A stretch of DNA of 64,000 bases from an uncultured delta proteobacterium (GTDB taxonomy: Bacteria > Myxococcota_A > UBA9160), in contig CAVQAY010000001.1 of assembly GCA_963710635.1 (NCBI GenBank), positions 25,674 to 89,673 of the forward strand. The letters run 5' to 3'. The notes below the pieces were generated by a model, which ran no database searches, was not told where the DNA came from, and saw only the letters and a list, made by a program, of their open reading frames with translations. Made by a program: the position numbers and the translations under genes. Shown here piece by piece: positions 9,407 to 20,396 of the stretch. Position 1 is the stretch's first letter. Each line of letters opens with the position of its first letter.

Positions 9407-11491
9407 TGGCCCAAACTCCGCCAGAACCATTGACCGAACCGGCCCGCCGTGCCTTGTGGCAACGCGCCTCGATTGTGTGGATCCTTCCGTTTCTGGCGCT
9501 GATCATCGCGCTGGGTGTGGCGTGGCAAACCTATGTGGATCGTGGCCCGCTGATCGAAATCGAATTCGAAAGCGGGGCAGGGGTAACCGCGGGCACCACG
9601 GAATTGCGCTATCGTGATGTGACGGTCGGTGTTGTCGAAAAGGTGCGCTTTTCCGACGGGCTGGGCGCGGTCGTATTTTCTGTTCGGCTGGACAAGGATA
9701 TTGCCCCGTTTGTCGATGCGGGATCACAGTTCTGGGTGGTGCGTCCCGAAGTGACAGCGCGCGGCGTGACAGGGCTGGACACAGTCCTGAGCGGGGTTTT
9801 CATCGAAGGGTCGTGGGACAGCACGGTGAATGAACCGCAAACGCAGTTTCGCGGGCTGAACGAAACGCCCCTGATCCGACCGGGCGAGGTGGGGTTGCAA
9901 ATTGCCCTGCGCACCACCGCGGACAGCAGCCTGACAGACAACGCGCCGATCCTTTATCGCGGCATCGAAGTGGGCCGTGTGGGGCGCGCGCGGGTTTCCC
10001 CGCGCAGCGGCATGGCCGTGGCCGAAGCGATCATTTATGAACCGCACCACCTTCTGATCACGGATGCTACGCGGTTCTGGGATGCCTCGGGTTTTGATGT
10101 GTCCCTGTCCACCAGCGGTGCGGAAATCAACTTTTCCTCGCTGGCTTCGCTCGTGTCGGGCGGAATCACCTTTGATACAATCGTGTCGGGCGGCGACACG
10201 GTGCAGGATGGCGCGGTGTTTCAGGTCTACGCAGAAGAAGCGGATGCGCGCGAAAGCATTTTTAATGCGGGCGAGGTCGACGCGCTTTTGCTGAGCGTCG
10301 TGTTTCGTGACAACGTGGCCGGCCTGACTGTCGGGTCGCCCGTTGAACTGCAAGGCATCCGCATCGGCGAGGTCAGCAACCTTGCGGGCACCGTCAGTCG
10401 CGATGACACAGGCAGGCGCGAAGTGCAGTTGAATGCCACCCTGTCGATCCAACCCGCCAAACTGGGGCTTCCGGGGGATGCGGACGCGCGGTCGGCACTG
10501 GCGTTCCTGCAAGAGCAGGTGCGATCCGGCCTGCGCGCGCGACTGGCCAGCGCCAGCCTTTTGACCGGTGGATTAAAGGTGGAGCTTGTTGTGTTGAATG
10601 ACATGCCAGAGGCGCGGATTGATACAACCGCAGAGCCGTTTCCCGTGCTGCCCAGTATCGAAGGCAACCTGTCGGATGTGGCCGCCACCGCCGAAGGTGT
10701 CCTGACCCGGATCAACAACTTGCCGATTGAGGAATTGTTGGCCAGCGCCATTGATTTTCTGGATGCCACCAAGGGCCTGATCGCCAACGAGGACCTGCAA
10801 GGTGCCCCCGCCGAATTGCGCGCGTTGCTGGGCGATGCGCGTGCCTTTGTCGGGTCGGACGCGATGCAGCAGGTGCCAGAGCAATTGTCCGCCACACTGG
10901 TTCGGCTTGAAACGCTGATAGCGGAAATCGAAGCGCAAAAAACGGTGGAGCGGTTGCTGGCTGCGGTTGATTCAGCCGCCGCCGCCGCAGGCAGCGTGGA
11001 AACCGCCGTGGCCGGTGCCCCCGCCCTGATGTCGCGGATTGAAGCGGTCGCGGCCAAGGCCGAAAACCTTAAGCTGGAAGAACTGGTGAGCGAGGTCACA
11101 AGCCTTGTGGATGCGGCTGAGGCGCTGATCGGGTCCAGAAGACACCGCCGGTTTGCCCGCCGCGTTGACCGCTGCCCTTGTCGAGGTTGAGGCAACATTG
11201 GCCGAATTGCGCGAAGGCGGCGCAATTGACAACGCCAACAAGGCGCTGGCTTCGGCCCAATCGGCGGCAGATGCGGTGGCCGTTTCGGTGCAGGATTTGC
11301 CCGCGTTGATGGACCGCATGTCACAGGTGCTGTCGCAGCTCAGCACGACATTGGCGGATTACGATGAAAATTCGGCGCTGAACCGCGATGCCCGTGCGGC
11401 CCTGCGCGAGATCAATTCAGCCGCCAAAGCGTTTGAATCCCTTGCCCGCACCATTGAACGCAACCCCAATTCGCTTTTGATAGGACGCTGA
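9406..11491 (+). pseudogene. pqiB: PqiB/MCE (MlaD-domain) intermembrane transport protein, apparent frameshift near 11129-11140
   Basis: N-terminal TM segment plus repeated MCE domains (ELRYRDVTVGVVEKV; ILYRGIEVGRVG; VELQGIRIGEVS). The typical C-terminus ...ERNPNSLLIGR is in ORF 11153..11491, in another frame. That frame is open only from 11129 (TGA at 11126-11128). Confidence 0.75.
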
Positions 11492-11494
11492 CCC

Positions 11495-12055
11495 ATGATG
11501 TTGAAAACGCTTGCTGCGGCCCTTTCTGTTGCTTTTGGTCTGTCGGCCTGTTCGACACCCACAACCTTTGTGCAGGTGCCGCCCGCCCCGGTGACCGAAC
11601 GCGTGAACATCGCGTTCCCGTCTGTCGAGGTGCGCGCGGTGTCGCTGCCAACCTATGCCGCATCCGAAGAGATTTACGGGCAGGGCGCGGATGGCGTTCT
11701 GGCCAGCGCGACAAGCGCGCGGTGGGCCGATGTGCCCGAACGCGCCATCACGCTCGAACTCAGCCGCAATCTGGCAGAATTGACCGGCGCGCGCGTGGCA
11801 CCGGAACCGTGGCCCTTTGATGCGCGCCCCGCAGCAACGGTGGACGTGCGGTTCGAAGATTTGCTGGCCGGTTCAAACGGGGTGTTTCGCACGTCGGGGC
11901 AGTATTTTGTGTCTTCCGAAAGCGGGCGCGAACGATCGGGCCTGTTCCGGCTGGACGTGCCTTATGACGTAGCGGCGGGGCCGGATGCCATCGCGCAGGC
12001 GCGTGCGCGCGCGATCCTTGATCTGGCAACCCTGATCGCGCGCAAGGCGCTTTAG
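11495..12055 (+). CDS. pqiC: PqiC-like ABC-type transport auxiliary lipoprotein (DUF330)
   Basis: 186 aa. Lipoprotein signal with lipobox (AFGLSAC). Its position directly after pqiB matches pqiABC synteny. Confidence 0.7.
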   Translation: MMLKTLAAALSVAFGLSACSTPTTFVQVPPAPVTERVNIAFPSVEVRAVSLPTYAASEEIYGQGADGVLASATSARWADVPERAITLELSRNLAELTGARVAPEPWPFDARPAATVDVRFEDLLAGSNGVFRTSGQYFVSSESGRERSGLFRLDVPYDVAAGPDAIAQARARAILDLATLIARKAL

Positions 12056-12793
12056 GGGCGCGCATCCGTCAGGTGCAAGGGAAAGCTGCGCGGCATTAGA
12101 CCGGCCTGAAACCAACAGGCAAAGCTGTAGATGGAATAGACCGGCAGGCCCGTCAGGCGGCGGATGTCGTCGGCATAGGGCACCATGTTGGTGCATTCCA
12201 GCACGATGGCCCCCAGATCGGGATGCGTCCGTGTCAGCGCCAGTGCGGCGGTACACAGATCTTCGCGGCATTGGGCGAAATCCATGTCCGGTTCATCCCG
12301 CAAGACCCCGCGGGCAAATTGCGTGTCCACAGGCGTGCCCATCACCGGCGTGTCGGGCGCGACATTGGCCGCTTTCAGATGGGCCGCTGTCAGGGTGTCG
12401 GGCGAAATCGTCAGGATGCCGACCCGTTTGCCGGGGGGCAGGGTGGCGGCCACCATGGGCACCTGCATCAACGATGAAGTGGCCACCGGAACGTTCAGCG
12501 CCAGCCGCCAGTTCACCCTGTAACAACGACAGAAATCCGCAGGTGGTTGTGATCCCGTCACATCCGCTGTCCACCAGTTCGCGCCCCGCCGCGATGAACC
12601 GGTCCAGCAGGGCCGTGGGATCGTTCAGAACCACCTTTTCGGGGCTGGCATCGCGCACGATGCGGTACTGCACCGGAAACGGCCATGTCTGTGCGTTGCC
12701 CGTATCACCCGGAATTCTGGGAAAGCGGGTGTCGAGCATCAGAATGCCCAATGTCGCCCCGTATACCGTTTTGCCGCCTGAAAATGTTGTCAT
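12052..12793 (-). pseudogene. aspartate/glutamate racemase-superfamily protein, apparent frameshift near 12498-12505
   Basis: ORF 12293..12793 (MTTFSGGKTVYGATLGILMLDTRFPRIPGD...ITTTCGFLSLLQGELAA) continues in ORF 12052..12561 (...ALNVPVATSSLMQVP...ECTNMVPYADDIRR). Both halves are needed for one two-lobed racemase-like fold. Confidence 0.6.
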
Positions 12794-12882
12794 CCGGTTT
12801 GGCCTTTCGTGCCCGATCCTGCGCGGCCCATGGAAAACCGGAACCGGCGGAATTTCAACGGGTGATATCGCGAAGGGGGGTT

Positions 12883-13398
12883 CTAATACGCGGTGGCCGC
12901 GCGCGATGCCTGATCATATTGGCCCGACATCAGGCGCAACAGCGCCGACAGATCGCTCACGCGTTCAGGCTCGACCCCCAGATCGCCGATGGCGCGCAGC
13001 AACAACGCCTCGCGGATTTCGCGATACCGGTCACAGGCGGCGCGGCCGGTTTGTGTTGTCGTCACTGATTTTTCCTTGCCCTTGCGCACATCCTGCACAA
13101 GCCCCGCGCGGGTTAGTTTCTTCAGCGCATAGTTGACGGTATGGGTGTCTTCGATATTCAGCACATGGCAGATATCGGCCAGTTTCTTGGCGCGGTCGCG
13201 GTGGCGGATTGTGTGCAGCACCAGCACGTCAAGCGCGGACAGATCGGGATAGCCTGCGGCAGACATGGCGCGCACAACCCAGCGGTTGAACGCATTGCCC
13301 GCAAGGATCAGGCCGAATTCAAATTCGGACAGTTCGGGAAACGCGCCTGTGGCAAGATGCGCGGATGAAACGATAGGGCCAAGATCATGTTCAGACAT
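12883..13398 (-). CDS. MarR-like winged-helix transcriptional regulator
   Basis: 171 aa from the internal ATG (MSEHDL...). The wHTH region is LDVLVLHTIRHRDRAKKLADICHVLNIEDTHTVNYALKKLTRAGLV. Divergent from the oxidoreductase gene. Confidence 0.65.
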   Translation of the reverse strand: MSEHDLGPIVSSAHLATGAFPELSEFEFGLILAGNAFNRWVVRAMSAAGYPDLSALDVLVLHTIRHRDRAKKLADICHVLNIEDTHTVNYALKKLTRAGLVQDVRKGKEKSVTTTQTGRAACDRYREIREALLLRAIGDLGVEPERVSDLSALLRLMSGQYDQASRAATAY

Positions 13399-13426
13399 AT
13401 CGCATAATCCAACTTGTCGATAAAAT

Positions 13427-13443
13427 GTCAACAAAATGTTGAC
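13427..13443. promoter_or_regulatory. candidate operator: inverted repeat GTCAAC-aaaat-GTTGAC in the divergent promoter region
   Basis: Perfect 6-bp arms with a 5-bp spacer. Flanked by the direct repeat AAAATGT(C/T). Lies between the MarR-like gene (start 13398, minus) and the oxidoreductase gene (start about 13477, plus). Confidence 0.35.
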
Positions 13444-13476
13444 TTGTGTGCGAATCCGGTCAGTGTAGGTGAACAA

Positions 13477-14743
13477 ATGGAATTGCGGGGGGCAATCCCG
13501 GTGGCGGACCATGTGATCATTATCGGGGCAGGCATCGTTGGCGTTTCAACCGCCATCTGGTTGCGCCGCTATGATGTCAACGTCACCTTGGTGGATCGCG
13601 CTGCGCCCGGGCAGGGCACATCCTATGGCAATGCGGGCGTTCTGGCCGCCTGTTCCATGGTGCCCGTCACTGCCCCCGGTTTGATCCGGAAAGCCCCCGG
13701 ATTGCTGATGAACCCCGAATTCCCGCTGTTCCTGCGCTGGCGCTATCTGCCCAAACTGGTGCCGTGGCTGCGCAAGTATATGGCACACGCCAATGATACA
13801 GACACCCGCCGCATTGCGGCCGGATTAACCCCGATCGTCGCCGACACGGTCGAACAACACAAGGCACTGGTGCAGGGCACAAGCGCGAAAGACTGGATCA
13901 CCGACAGCGATTACAATTTTGCCTATGCCGACAGGGCCGCGTTCCATGCCGACAGCTATACATGGGGCCTGCGCGCGCAGGCAGGGTTTGAACCGATCCT
14001 GATCGAAGGGCGCGATGTGCAGGACTATGACCCCAACCTGTCGCCCGACATCACCTGCCTTGCGTCGATGAAAAACCACGGCTTTATCCGCGATCCGGGC
14101 GGGTATGTGGCCGCACTGGCGCAGGTGTTTACCGATATGGGCGGGCAGGTGCGGCAGGCCGACGTGCTGGATTTCGAATTTGAAGGCGACCGGATTTCGG
14201 CGGTGCTCACAGATCATGGGGCATTGCCCTGTGATCACGCGGTGCTGGCATCGGGTGTCTGGTCCAAACCGCTGATGGCCAAACTGGGCCTGAATATTCC
14301 GCTCGAAACCGAACGCGGCTATCACATCGTGTTTCAGGGCGCAGAAGGCGGCCCCAAGGCACCGACCATGGTCGCCAGCGGAAAATTCGTCGCCACCCCG
14401 ATGGCTGCAGGATTGCGCTGTGCCGGCATTGTTGAATTCGGGGGGTTACAGGCAGGCCCGTCCAAGGCCCCACTGGCCTTGCTGCGCGCGTCAGGTGGCG
14501 CGCGTGTTCCCCAATTTGACCGCCAAATCCGAGGTGGAATGGCTGGGCCATCGTCCGGCCCCCAGTGACAGCCTGCCGCTGATTGGCGAAGTGGGCACAA
14601 AAGGCGTCTATACCGCGTTTGGCCACCATCACATCGGCCTCACAGGCGGGCCGAAAACGGGGCGATTGGTGGCCGACATTCTAACCGGGCGCAGCCCGAA
14701 CATTGACTTGCACCCCTACGCGCCGCAAAGATTTGCGTCATAA
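13477..14743 (+). pseudogene. FAD-dependent oxidoreductase (D-amino-acid dehydrogenase/DAO family), apparent frameshift near 14480-14492
   Basis: N-terminal GxGxxG (VIIIGAGIVGVSTAIWL). The body is in ORF 13414..14568. The conserved C-terminus (VFPNL...EWLGHRPAPSDSLPLIGEV...FGHHHIGLTGGPKTGRLVADIL) is in ORF 14420..14743, in another frame. Confidence 0.7.
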
Positions 14744-14792
14744 CAAGATCAAGAAAAACCGAAAAACCAACACTCAAAGGGAGAACGACCAA

Positions 14793-15764
14793 ATGAAAAC
14801 AGTGAAAGCAACAGCCGCATTGATGGCGGCCACGGCGCTGACAGCCACTGCCACGATGGCCGAAACATGGGACATGCCGCTGGCCTATTCGGCAACCAAT
14901 TTCCATTCCGAAAACGCGGCCAAGTTCGGTGAATGTGTCACCACCGGCACCGGTGGCGAGATCGAGATTGTCACCCATCCGTCCGGATCGTTGTTCAAGG
15001 GGGCCGATATCAAACGTGCGGTCCAGACCGGTCAGGTGCCGATTGGCGAACGCCTGTTGTCGGGTCACCAGAACGAAAACGCCGTGTTCGGATTTGACAG
15101 CGTGCCGTTCCTTGCCACGTCTTTCGATGCCTCGGGCAAGCTTTATGAAGCCGCGCGTCCGGCGCTGGACAAAATTCTGGCCGACCAGAACCTGACCATT
15201 CTCTATTCCGTGCCATGGCCGCCCCAGGGCCTTTACTTCAAGAAAGAGGTCAATTCCGTTGCCGATATGGCAGGCATCAAATTCCGCTCTTACAACAACG
15301 CCACCGCGCGTCTGGCAGAATTGACGGGCATGTTGCCGGTGACCATCGAAGCCGCCGAAATTTCGCAGGCCTTCGCAACGGGTGTCGCGGAATCGATGAT
15401 TTCGTCGGGCGCCACCGGCTATGACCGCAAGGTCTGGGAAAGCCTGACCCATTTTTACGAGGTCGACGCCTGGCTGCCCTATAACCACGTGATGGTAAAC
15501 AACGATGCGTGGGCCGGTGTGAGCGATGCCAACAAGGCCGTGATCACCGACTGCGCGGCAACCGCCACGGCTGATGGTCTGGCCGCGTCCAAGGCCTATA
15601 CGCAGTTCACGATGGATGGTCTGGCCGAAGGTGGCATGACCGTTGGTCCGGCAGGCGAAACCCTTGTGAACGAATTGAAAGAGATCGGCCAAACCATGAC
15701 CGCCGAATGGCTTGAAGCCGCGGGCGAGGATGGCGCGGCCATCGTTGAGGCGTTCAACAACTAG
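14793..15764 (+). CDS. dctP: TRAP transporter substrate-binding protein (DctP family)
   Basis: Start at the ATG after GGGAGA (MKTVKATAALMAATALTATATMA signal peptide). DctP-like periplasmic binding fold, followed by dctQ and dctM. Confidence 0.85.
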   Translation: MKTVKATAALMAATALTATATMAETWDMPLAYSATNFHSENAAKFGECVTTGTGGEIEIVTHPSGSLFKGADIKRAVQTGQVPIGERLLSGHQNENAVFGFDSVPFLATSFDASGKLYEAARPALDKILADQNLTILYSVPWPPQGLYFKKEVNSVADMAGIKFRSYNNATARLAELTGMLPVTIEAAEISQAFATGVAESMISSGATGYDRKVWESLTHFYEVDAWLPYNHVMVNNDAWAGVSDANKAVITDCAATATADGLAASKAYTQFTMDGLAEGGMTVGPAGETLVNELKEIGQTMTAEWLEAAGEDGAAIVEAFNN

Positions 15765-15830
15765 GCCGAAACAGAAGAGCGGGCGGTTCCACAGGGACCG
15801 CCCCAATTGCTTTAACCGGGGGACATTCCG

Positions 15831-16364
15831 ATGACATTCATGCGCGGGCTGCGACGCACGCTCGATTATCTCTATGCACTGTCGGGCGTTCTGGCGGCCC
15901 TTAGTCTGGTGGCCATTCTGCTGTTGATCGTGGTGCAGATGCTGGCCCGCTGGACCGGAGAAGTGTTTCCCGGCGCGCCCGATTATGCCGGTTATGCAAT
16001 GGCGGCAGCATCGTTTCTGGCCTTTGCCAGTGCGCTGAACAAGGGTTCGCATATCCGCGTGTCCATCCTGTTGAACGCGGTGGGGCCCAAGGCCAACCGG
16101 TTTCTGGAAATCTGGTGCTTTACCATCGGCACGGCAGTGGCGTGGTATGTTGCCTATTATTCATGGCGTTTGATCGGGTTCGCGATCAAATTCAACGACG
16201 TCAGTCAGGGGCAGGATGCGACGCCTTTGTGGATTCCGCAAATGCCCATGCTGATCGGCGCGATCATTCTGGCCATCGCGCTGACCGATCACCTTTTGCA
16301 ACTTATCTTCACCGGCAAACACGGCATCGTTCGTGATCTGGCCGATCAAAGCCACGGAGAATAA
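15831..16364 (+). CDS. dctQ: TRAP transporter small permease (DctQ)
   Basis: 177 aa, four TM segments, between dctP and dctM. Confidence 0.85.
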   Translation: MTFMRGLRRTLDYLYALSGVLAALSLVAILLLIVVQMLARWTGEVFPGAPDYAGYAMAAASFLAFASALNKGSHIRVSILLNAVGPKANRFLEIWCFTIGTAVAWYVAYYSWRLIGFAIKFNDVSQGQDATPLWIPQMPMLIGAIILAIALTDHLLQLIFTGKHGIVRDLADQSHGE

Positions 16365-16367
16365 CAG

Positions 16368-17681
16368 ATGCAGGAAACCTATATCATCATCCTGTTCCTG
16401 TTCGTTCTGTTCACGCTGCTGGGGTCGGGCGTCTGGGTTGGCCTTGCGCTGATGGGCGTGGCCTTTGTGGGGATGGAGCTGTTCACCACCCGCCCCGTGG
16501 GCGACACGATGGCCACCACGATCTGGTCGGCCTCGTCATCGTGGACGCTCACCGCGCTGCCGATGTTCATCTGGATGGGGGAAATCCTGTATCGGACGCG
16601 ATTGTCCGAAGATATGTTTCGCGGGCTTAGCCCTTGGCTGGCACGGCTGCCGGGCGGGCTGGTGCATACCAATATCGTCGGCTGTACCGTTTTCGCCGCC
16701 GTCTCGGGATCATCGGCGGCCACGCTGACCACGGTTGGCAAGATGTCGATCCCCGAACTGCGCAAACGCGATTACCCCGAAACCATGGTGATTGGCACAT
16801 TGGCCGGCGCGGCCACGCTGGGCCTGATGATCCCGCCGTCGCTGACGCTGATCGTGTACGGTGTCACGATCAATGAAAGCATCACCAAACTGTTCTTTGC
16901 CGGTATCCTGCCGGGGTTGTTTCTGGCGTCGATGTTCATGGCCTATGTGGCAATCTATGCGACAGTGTCCAAACGCTGGAACCCAGCGGTAGAACCGAAA
17001 ATGACCTTTGCCCAAAAGGTATCGAATTCACGGTTTCTGATCCCCGTGATCCTGCTGATCACGGTTGTGATCGGGTCGATGTATCTGGGCATTGCCACCG
17101 CGACCGAGGCGGCGGCGTTTGGCGTGATCGGATCGCTGCTGCTGGCGGCGGGGCAGGGATCACTGTCGTGGCGCACCTTCACCGAAAGCCTGATGGGGGC
17201 CACCCGCACCAGCGCGATGATCGCCCTGATCCTTGCGGGCGCGGCGTTCCTGTCGCTGTCGATGGGCTTTACCGGCCTGCCGCGCGGCTTGGCCGATCTG
17301 ATCGCCACGCTGGAGCTGACGCGGTTCCAACTGCTGATGGTGTTGCTGGTGTTCTACATCATACTGGGCTGTTTTCTCGATGGTATTTCGTCTGTCGTGC
17401 TGACCATGGCCGTGGTCGAACCGATGGTGCGCGAAGCGGGGATTGACCTGATCTGGTTCGGTATATTCATCGTTGTCGTCGTGGAAATGGCGCAGATCAC
17501 GCCGCCCATCGGGTTCAACCTGTTCGTGCTGCAAGGCATGACCGAACACGAGATGAGCTTTATCGCCAAGGCGGCGATCCCGATGTTCCTGATCATGGTG
17601 CTGATGGTGTTCGTGCTGATCGCCTTTCCCGAGATTGCGACATGGCTGCCCGACAACCTGCGCGCTGGTCCGAACGGATAG
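16368..17681 (+). CDS. dctM: TRAP transporter large permease (DctM)
   Basis: 437 aa, polytopic, with typical DctM sequence (GIATATEAAAFGV, ITPPIGFNLFV). Confidence 0.9.
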   Translation: MQETYIIILFLFVLFTLLGSGVWVGLALMGVAFVGMELFTTRPVGDTMATTIWSASSSWTLTALPMFIWMGEILYRTRLSEDMFRGLSPWLARLPGGLVHTNIVGCTVFAAVSGSSAATLTTVGKMSIPELRKRDYPETMVIGTLAGAATLGLMIPPSLTLIVYGVTINESITKLFFAGILPGLFLASMFMAYVAIYATVSKRWNPAVEPKMTFAQKVSNSRFLIPVILLITVVIGSMYLGIATATEAAAFGVIGSLLLAAGQGSLSWRTFTESLMGATRTSAMIALILAGAAFLSLSMGFTGLPRGLADLIATLELTRFQLLMVLLVFYIILGCFLDGISSVVLTMAVVEPMVREAGIDLIWFGIFIVVVVEMAQITPPIGFNLFVLQGMTEHEMSFIAKAAIPMFLIMVLMVFVLIAFPEIATWLPDNLRAGPNG

Positions 17682-17693
17682 CGCGCGGACGGA

Positions 17694-18620
17694 ATGGCCA
17701 TGATTGCAGCACTGGGTCATATCGCCCGCCATGGCCGGATCGGCCTTGTGCTGGGGTTGCTGGCGGGCGTGCTGTTGCCGGATGTGGCGCTGATGCTGCG
17801 CCCGTGGCTGCCCGAAATGATCGGTCTGTTACTGTTTCTGACAGCGTTGCGGATCGGGGCAACACAGGCTGTCGGGTCGATTGGCGCGCTGGGGCAAAGC
17901 GCTAAAATCGTCTTGGTCTATCAGGTGGTCCTGCCGGTGCTGGCCTTTGGTGCGTTCTGGCTGTTCGGTCTGGCGGCCACGCCGGTGGCGCTGATTGTGG
18001 TGCTGGCCCTGTCTGCCCCGCCGATCACCGGCAGCCCGAATTTCACCCTGTTGCTGGGCCATGATCCGGCCCCGGCCTTGCGTCTGCTGGTGTTGGGCAC
18101 GGCGGCGTTTCCGCTGACCGTGTTGCCGGTGTTCTGGCTGTTGCCGGTTCTGGGCAGCGCGGGGGCGGCATTTGCCGCCTCGGCGTGGCTGATGGCAGTG
18201 ATCGCGGGATCGGTCGGCGCGGGCTTTGCTGTGCGGCGGGCGTTTTTCCGTGCCCCGAAACCCGATGTGATCGCGGCGATTGACGGGCTGACCGTCATCA
18301 TGCTGGCGGTGATTGTGGTCGGGTTGATGTCGGCGCTGGGTCCGGCGATCCGTGGCGCACCGTCTGTGCTTGTGGGATGGCTGGCCTTGGCATTTGCGCT
18401 GAATTTCGGAATGCAGATGCTGGCCCATACCGCGTTACCGGAAACATCCGCGCGGGTGCCAGTGGCGATCATCGCGGGCAATCGCAATGTGGCGCTGTTT
18501 CTTGTGGCCCTGCCGTCTGATATCACCGACCCGCTGTTGATCTTTATCGGCTGTTACCAGTTGCCGATGTACCTGACGCCCATACTGCTCAAGAGGTTTT
18601 ATGTCAGACCCGCGCCATAA
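17694..18620 (+). CDS. bile acid:sodium symporter (BASS/SBF-like) family membrane protein
   Basis: 308 aa, about 9-10 TM segments, with an AGNRNVALFLVALP motif resembling the BASS signature. The family call is tentative. Confidence 0.5.
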   Translation: MAMIAALGHIARHGRIGLVLGLLAGVLLPDVALMLRPWLPEMIGLLLFLTALRIGATQAVGSIGALGQSAKIVLVYQVVLPVLAFGAFWLFGLAATPVALIVVLALSAPPITGSPNFTLLLGHDPAPALRLLVLGTAAFPLTVLPVFWLLPVLGSAGAAFAASAWLMAVIAGSVGAGFAVRRAFFRAPKPDVIAAIDGLTVIMLAVIVVGLMSALGPAIRGAPSVLVGWLALAFALNFGMQMLAHTALPETSARVPVAIIAGNRNVALFLVALPSDITDPLLIFIGCYQLPMYLTPILLKRFYVRPAP

Positions 18621-19362
18621 CCCAGATCCCGGATATCCACGGATTGCCAGCCTTGGTGTGACGGCCATGCTGGTGCAGTTCGGCGCGGGGATGAGCGAGG
18701 CGGCAAACCGCGCGGCTTTGGCCCTGCGCGCGCGCCTTGAACGCGACGGGTGGGACGGGGTCGAAGAAACATCGACCGCTCTGGTGTCGGTTTTTGTGCG
18801 TTTTGACCCGCTGCATCTGAAACACGAAACACTGGTGCAAAAGCTGCAAGCGTTGCTTGATGAACAGGATTGGTACGCGGCCCAGCTGCCCACGGGGCGG
18901 CGGCATTTCCACATTCCTTGTGTGTTCGGCGGGGAGACAGGGCCGCAACTGGACGAGGCGGCGAAACTGGCCGGGCTGGACGCGGGTGCGGCCATTGCCG
19001 ATCTGGCGGCGCAGACCGTGCAGGTTCTGACCATCGGCTTTGCCCCGGGCCAGCCCTATATGGGCAGCCTGACGCCCGATTGGGATATTCCGCGCCAGAC
19101 CGGCCTGACGGCCAAAGTGCCCGAAGGCGCGCTGGTGGTTGCGATCCGTCAGTTGATTATCTTTGCCGCAGATGCCCCGACCGGCTGGCGCCATATCGGG
19201 CAAACGGCGTTTCGCTGCTTTCGCCCCGAACGGGACCAGCCCTTTGCCCTGCGCCCGGGTGATCAGGTGACATTCGATCCGGTGGACGCCGATACGATGA
19301 CAGCGATCCGCGCCAAGGATCAAAGCGGCGATGGCGGTGCCCGCATCATGGAGGTCACATGA
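18601..19362 (+). CDS. pxpB: 5-oxoprolinase subunit PxpB (allophanate hydrolase subunit 1 / KipI family)
   Basis: 253 aa. Cyclophilin-like KipI-type sequence (...VLTIGFAPGQPYMG...GWRHIGQT...). Followed by overlapping pxpC. Confidence 0.8.
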   Translation: MSDPRHNPDPGYPRIASLGVTAMLVQFGAGMSEAANRAALALRARLERDGWDGVEETSTALVSVFVRFDPLHLKHETLVQKLQALLDEQDWYAAQLPTGRRHFHIPCVFGGETGPQLDEAAKLAGLDAGAAIADLAAQTVQVLTIGFAPGQPYMGSLTPDWDIPRQTGLTAKVPEGALVVAIRQLIIFAADAPTGWRHIGQTAFRCFRPERDQPFALRPGDQVTFDPVDADTMTAIRAKDQSGDGGARIMEVT

Positions 19363-20396
19363 GCGTGCTGCTGAACGTGATCGAGGCCGGACCGTCCGTT
19401 CTGATACAGGATCTGGGCCGCCCCGGTTTTCTGGTCGAGGGCCTGTCACAGGGCGGCGCGGCGGACCGTCTGGCACTGCATGAAGGGGCGGCCCTTCTGG
19501 GGCAACCGGCGATGTCGGCGGCACTGGAACTTGGCGGGTATGGCGGCGCGTTCAGCGTCAGCGCGCCGGTGCGCTTTGCCGTAACAGGCGCGCCGATGCA
19601 GCTAAACGTTGATGGTGCCCCGGTCCTGATGAACGCCACCTACACGCTGCACCCCGGCCAGACGCTGCGCATCGGGGCGGCGAAATCCGGCGTCTACGGC
19701 TATCTGCATCTGGGCGGCGGGCTGGACACGCCAACGCTGCTGGGCAGCCGTGCGGCCCATCTGGGCGCGGGCATCGGCAAGGCGGTTGTGGCGGGGGATG
19801 CGTTGCCATTGGGCGATGATCCGCATCCTGACCGTACTGGCCACATTCTGGATGTCACAGATCGCTGTTCCGGCGGCACCCTGCGCATGGTCGCCAGTGT
19901 CCAGACCCGCGAATTTGCCGATGCCGAACTGGACCGGTTCCAGCAGATCACCTTTCAGCGCGATGCCCGTGGCAACCGGCAGGGGGTGCGCCTGTCAGCG
20001 GATGCCGCCCCGTTCACCGTGTCTGCAGGGTTGAAGATCGTGTCGGAAATGATCGTGCCGGGCGATATCCAGATCACCGGCGACGGCGCACCCTATATCC
20101 TGCTGGCGGAATGTCAGACAACCGGCGGCTATCCCCGCATCGGCACGGTTATTCCCTGCGATCTGCCGCGCGTGGCGCAGGCCAGCCCCGGCACACCGCT
20201 GCGTTTCGAACTGGTCGATATGGAAACCGCACTGGCGCTCCATGCGGCGGATCACAAGGCCATCGCCGGTCTGGCGCGTCAGGTGCGCCCGCTGGTGCGC
20301 GATCCCCATGACATTGCCGATCTGCTATCCTATCAACTGATCAGCGGCGTCACCGCCGGACATGACCCGATTGCAAAGAGCGAGGACACACCATGA
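19359..20396 (+). CDS. pxpC: 5-oxoprolinase subunit PxpC (allophanate hydrolase subunit 2 / KipA family)
   Basis: 345 aa ([17 protein letters not shown]..., [10 protein letters not shown]). ATGA overlaps with both neighbours. Confidence 0.8.
   Translation: MSVLLNVIEAGPSVLIQDLGRPGFLVEGLSQGGAADRLALHEGAALLGQPAMSAALELGGYGGAFSVSAPVRFAVTGAPMQLNVDGAPVLMNATYTLHPGQTLRIGAAKSGVYGYLHLGGGLDTPTLLGSRAAHLGAGIGKAVVAGDALPLGDDPHPDRTGHILDVTDRCSGGTLRMVASVQTREFADAELDRFQQITFQRDARGNRQGVRLSADAAPFTVSAGLKIVSEMIVPGDIQITGDGAPYILLAECQTTGGYPRIGTVIPCDLPRVAQASPGTPLRFELVDMETALALHAADHKAIAGLARQVRPLVRDPHDIADLLSYQLISGVTAGHDPIAKSEDTP

Noticed and set aside
10227-11324. 365-aa minus-strand ORF (Ser/Ala/Arg-rich)
   Set aside because: Antisense to pqiB, whose MCE domains are clear on the plus strand.
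14640-16052. 470-aa minus-strand ORF
   Set aside because: Antisense to the TRAP dctP/dctQ genes. Low-complexity Arg/Gly-rich translation.
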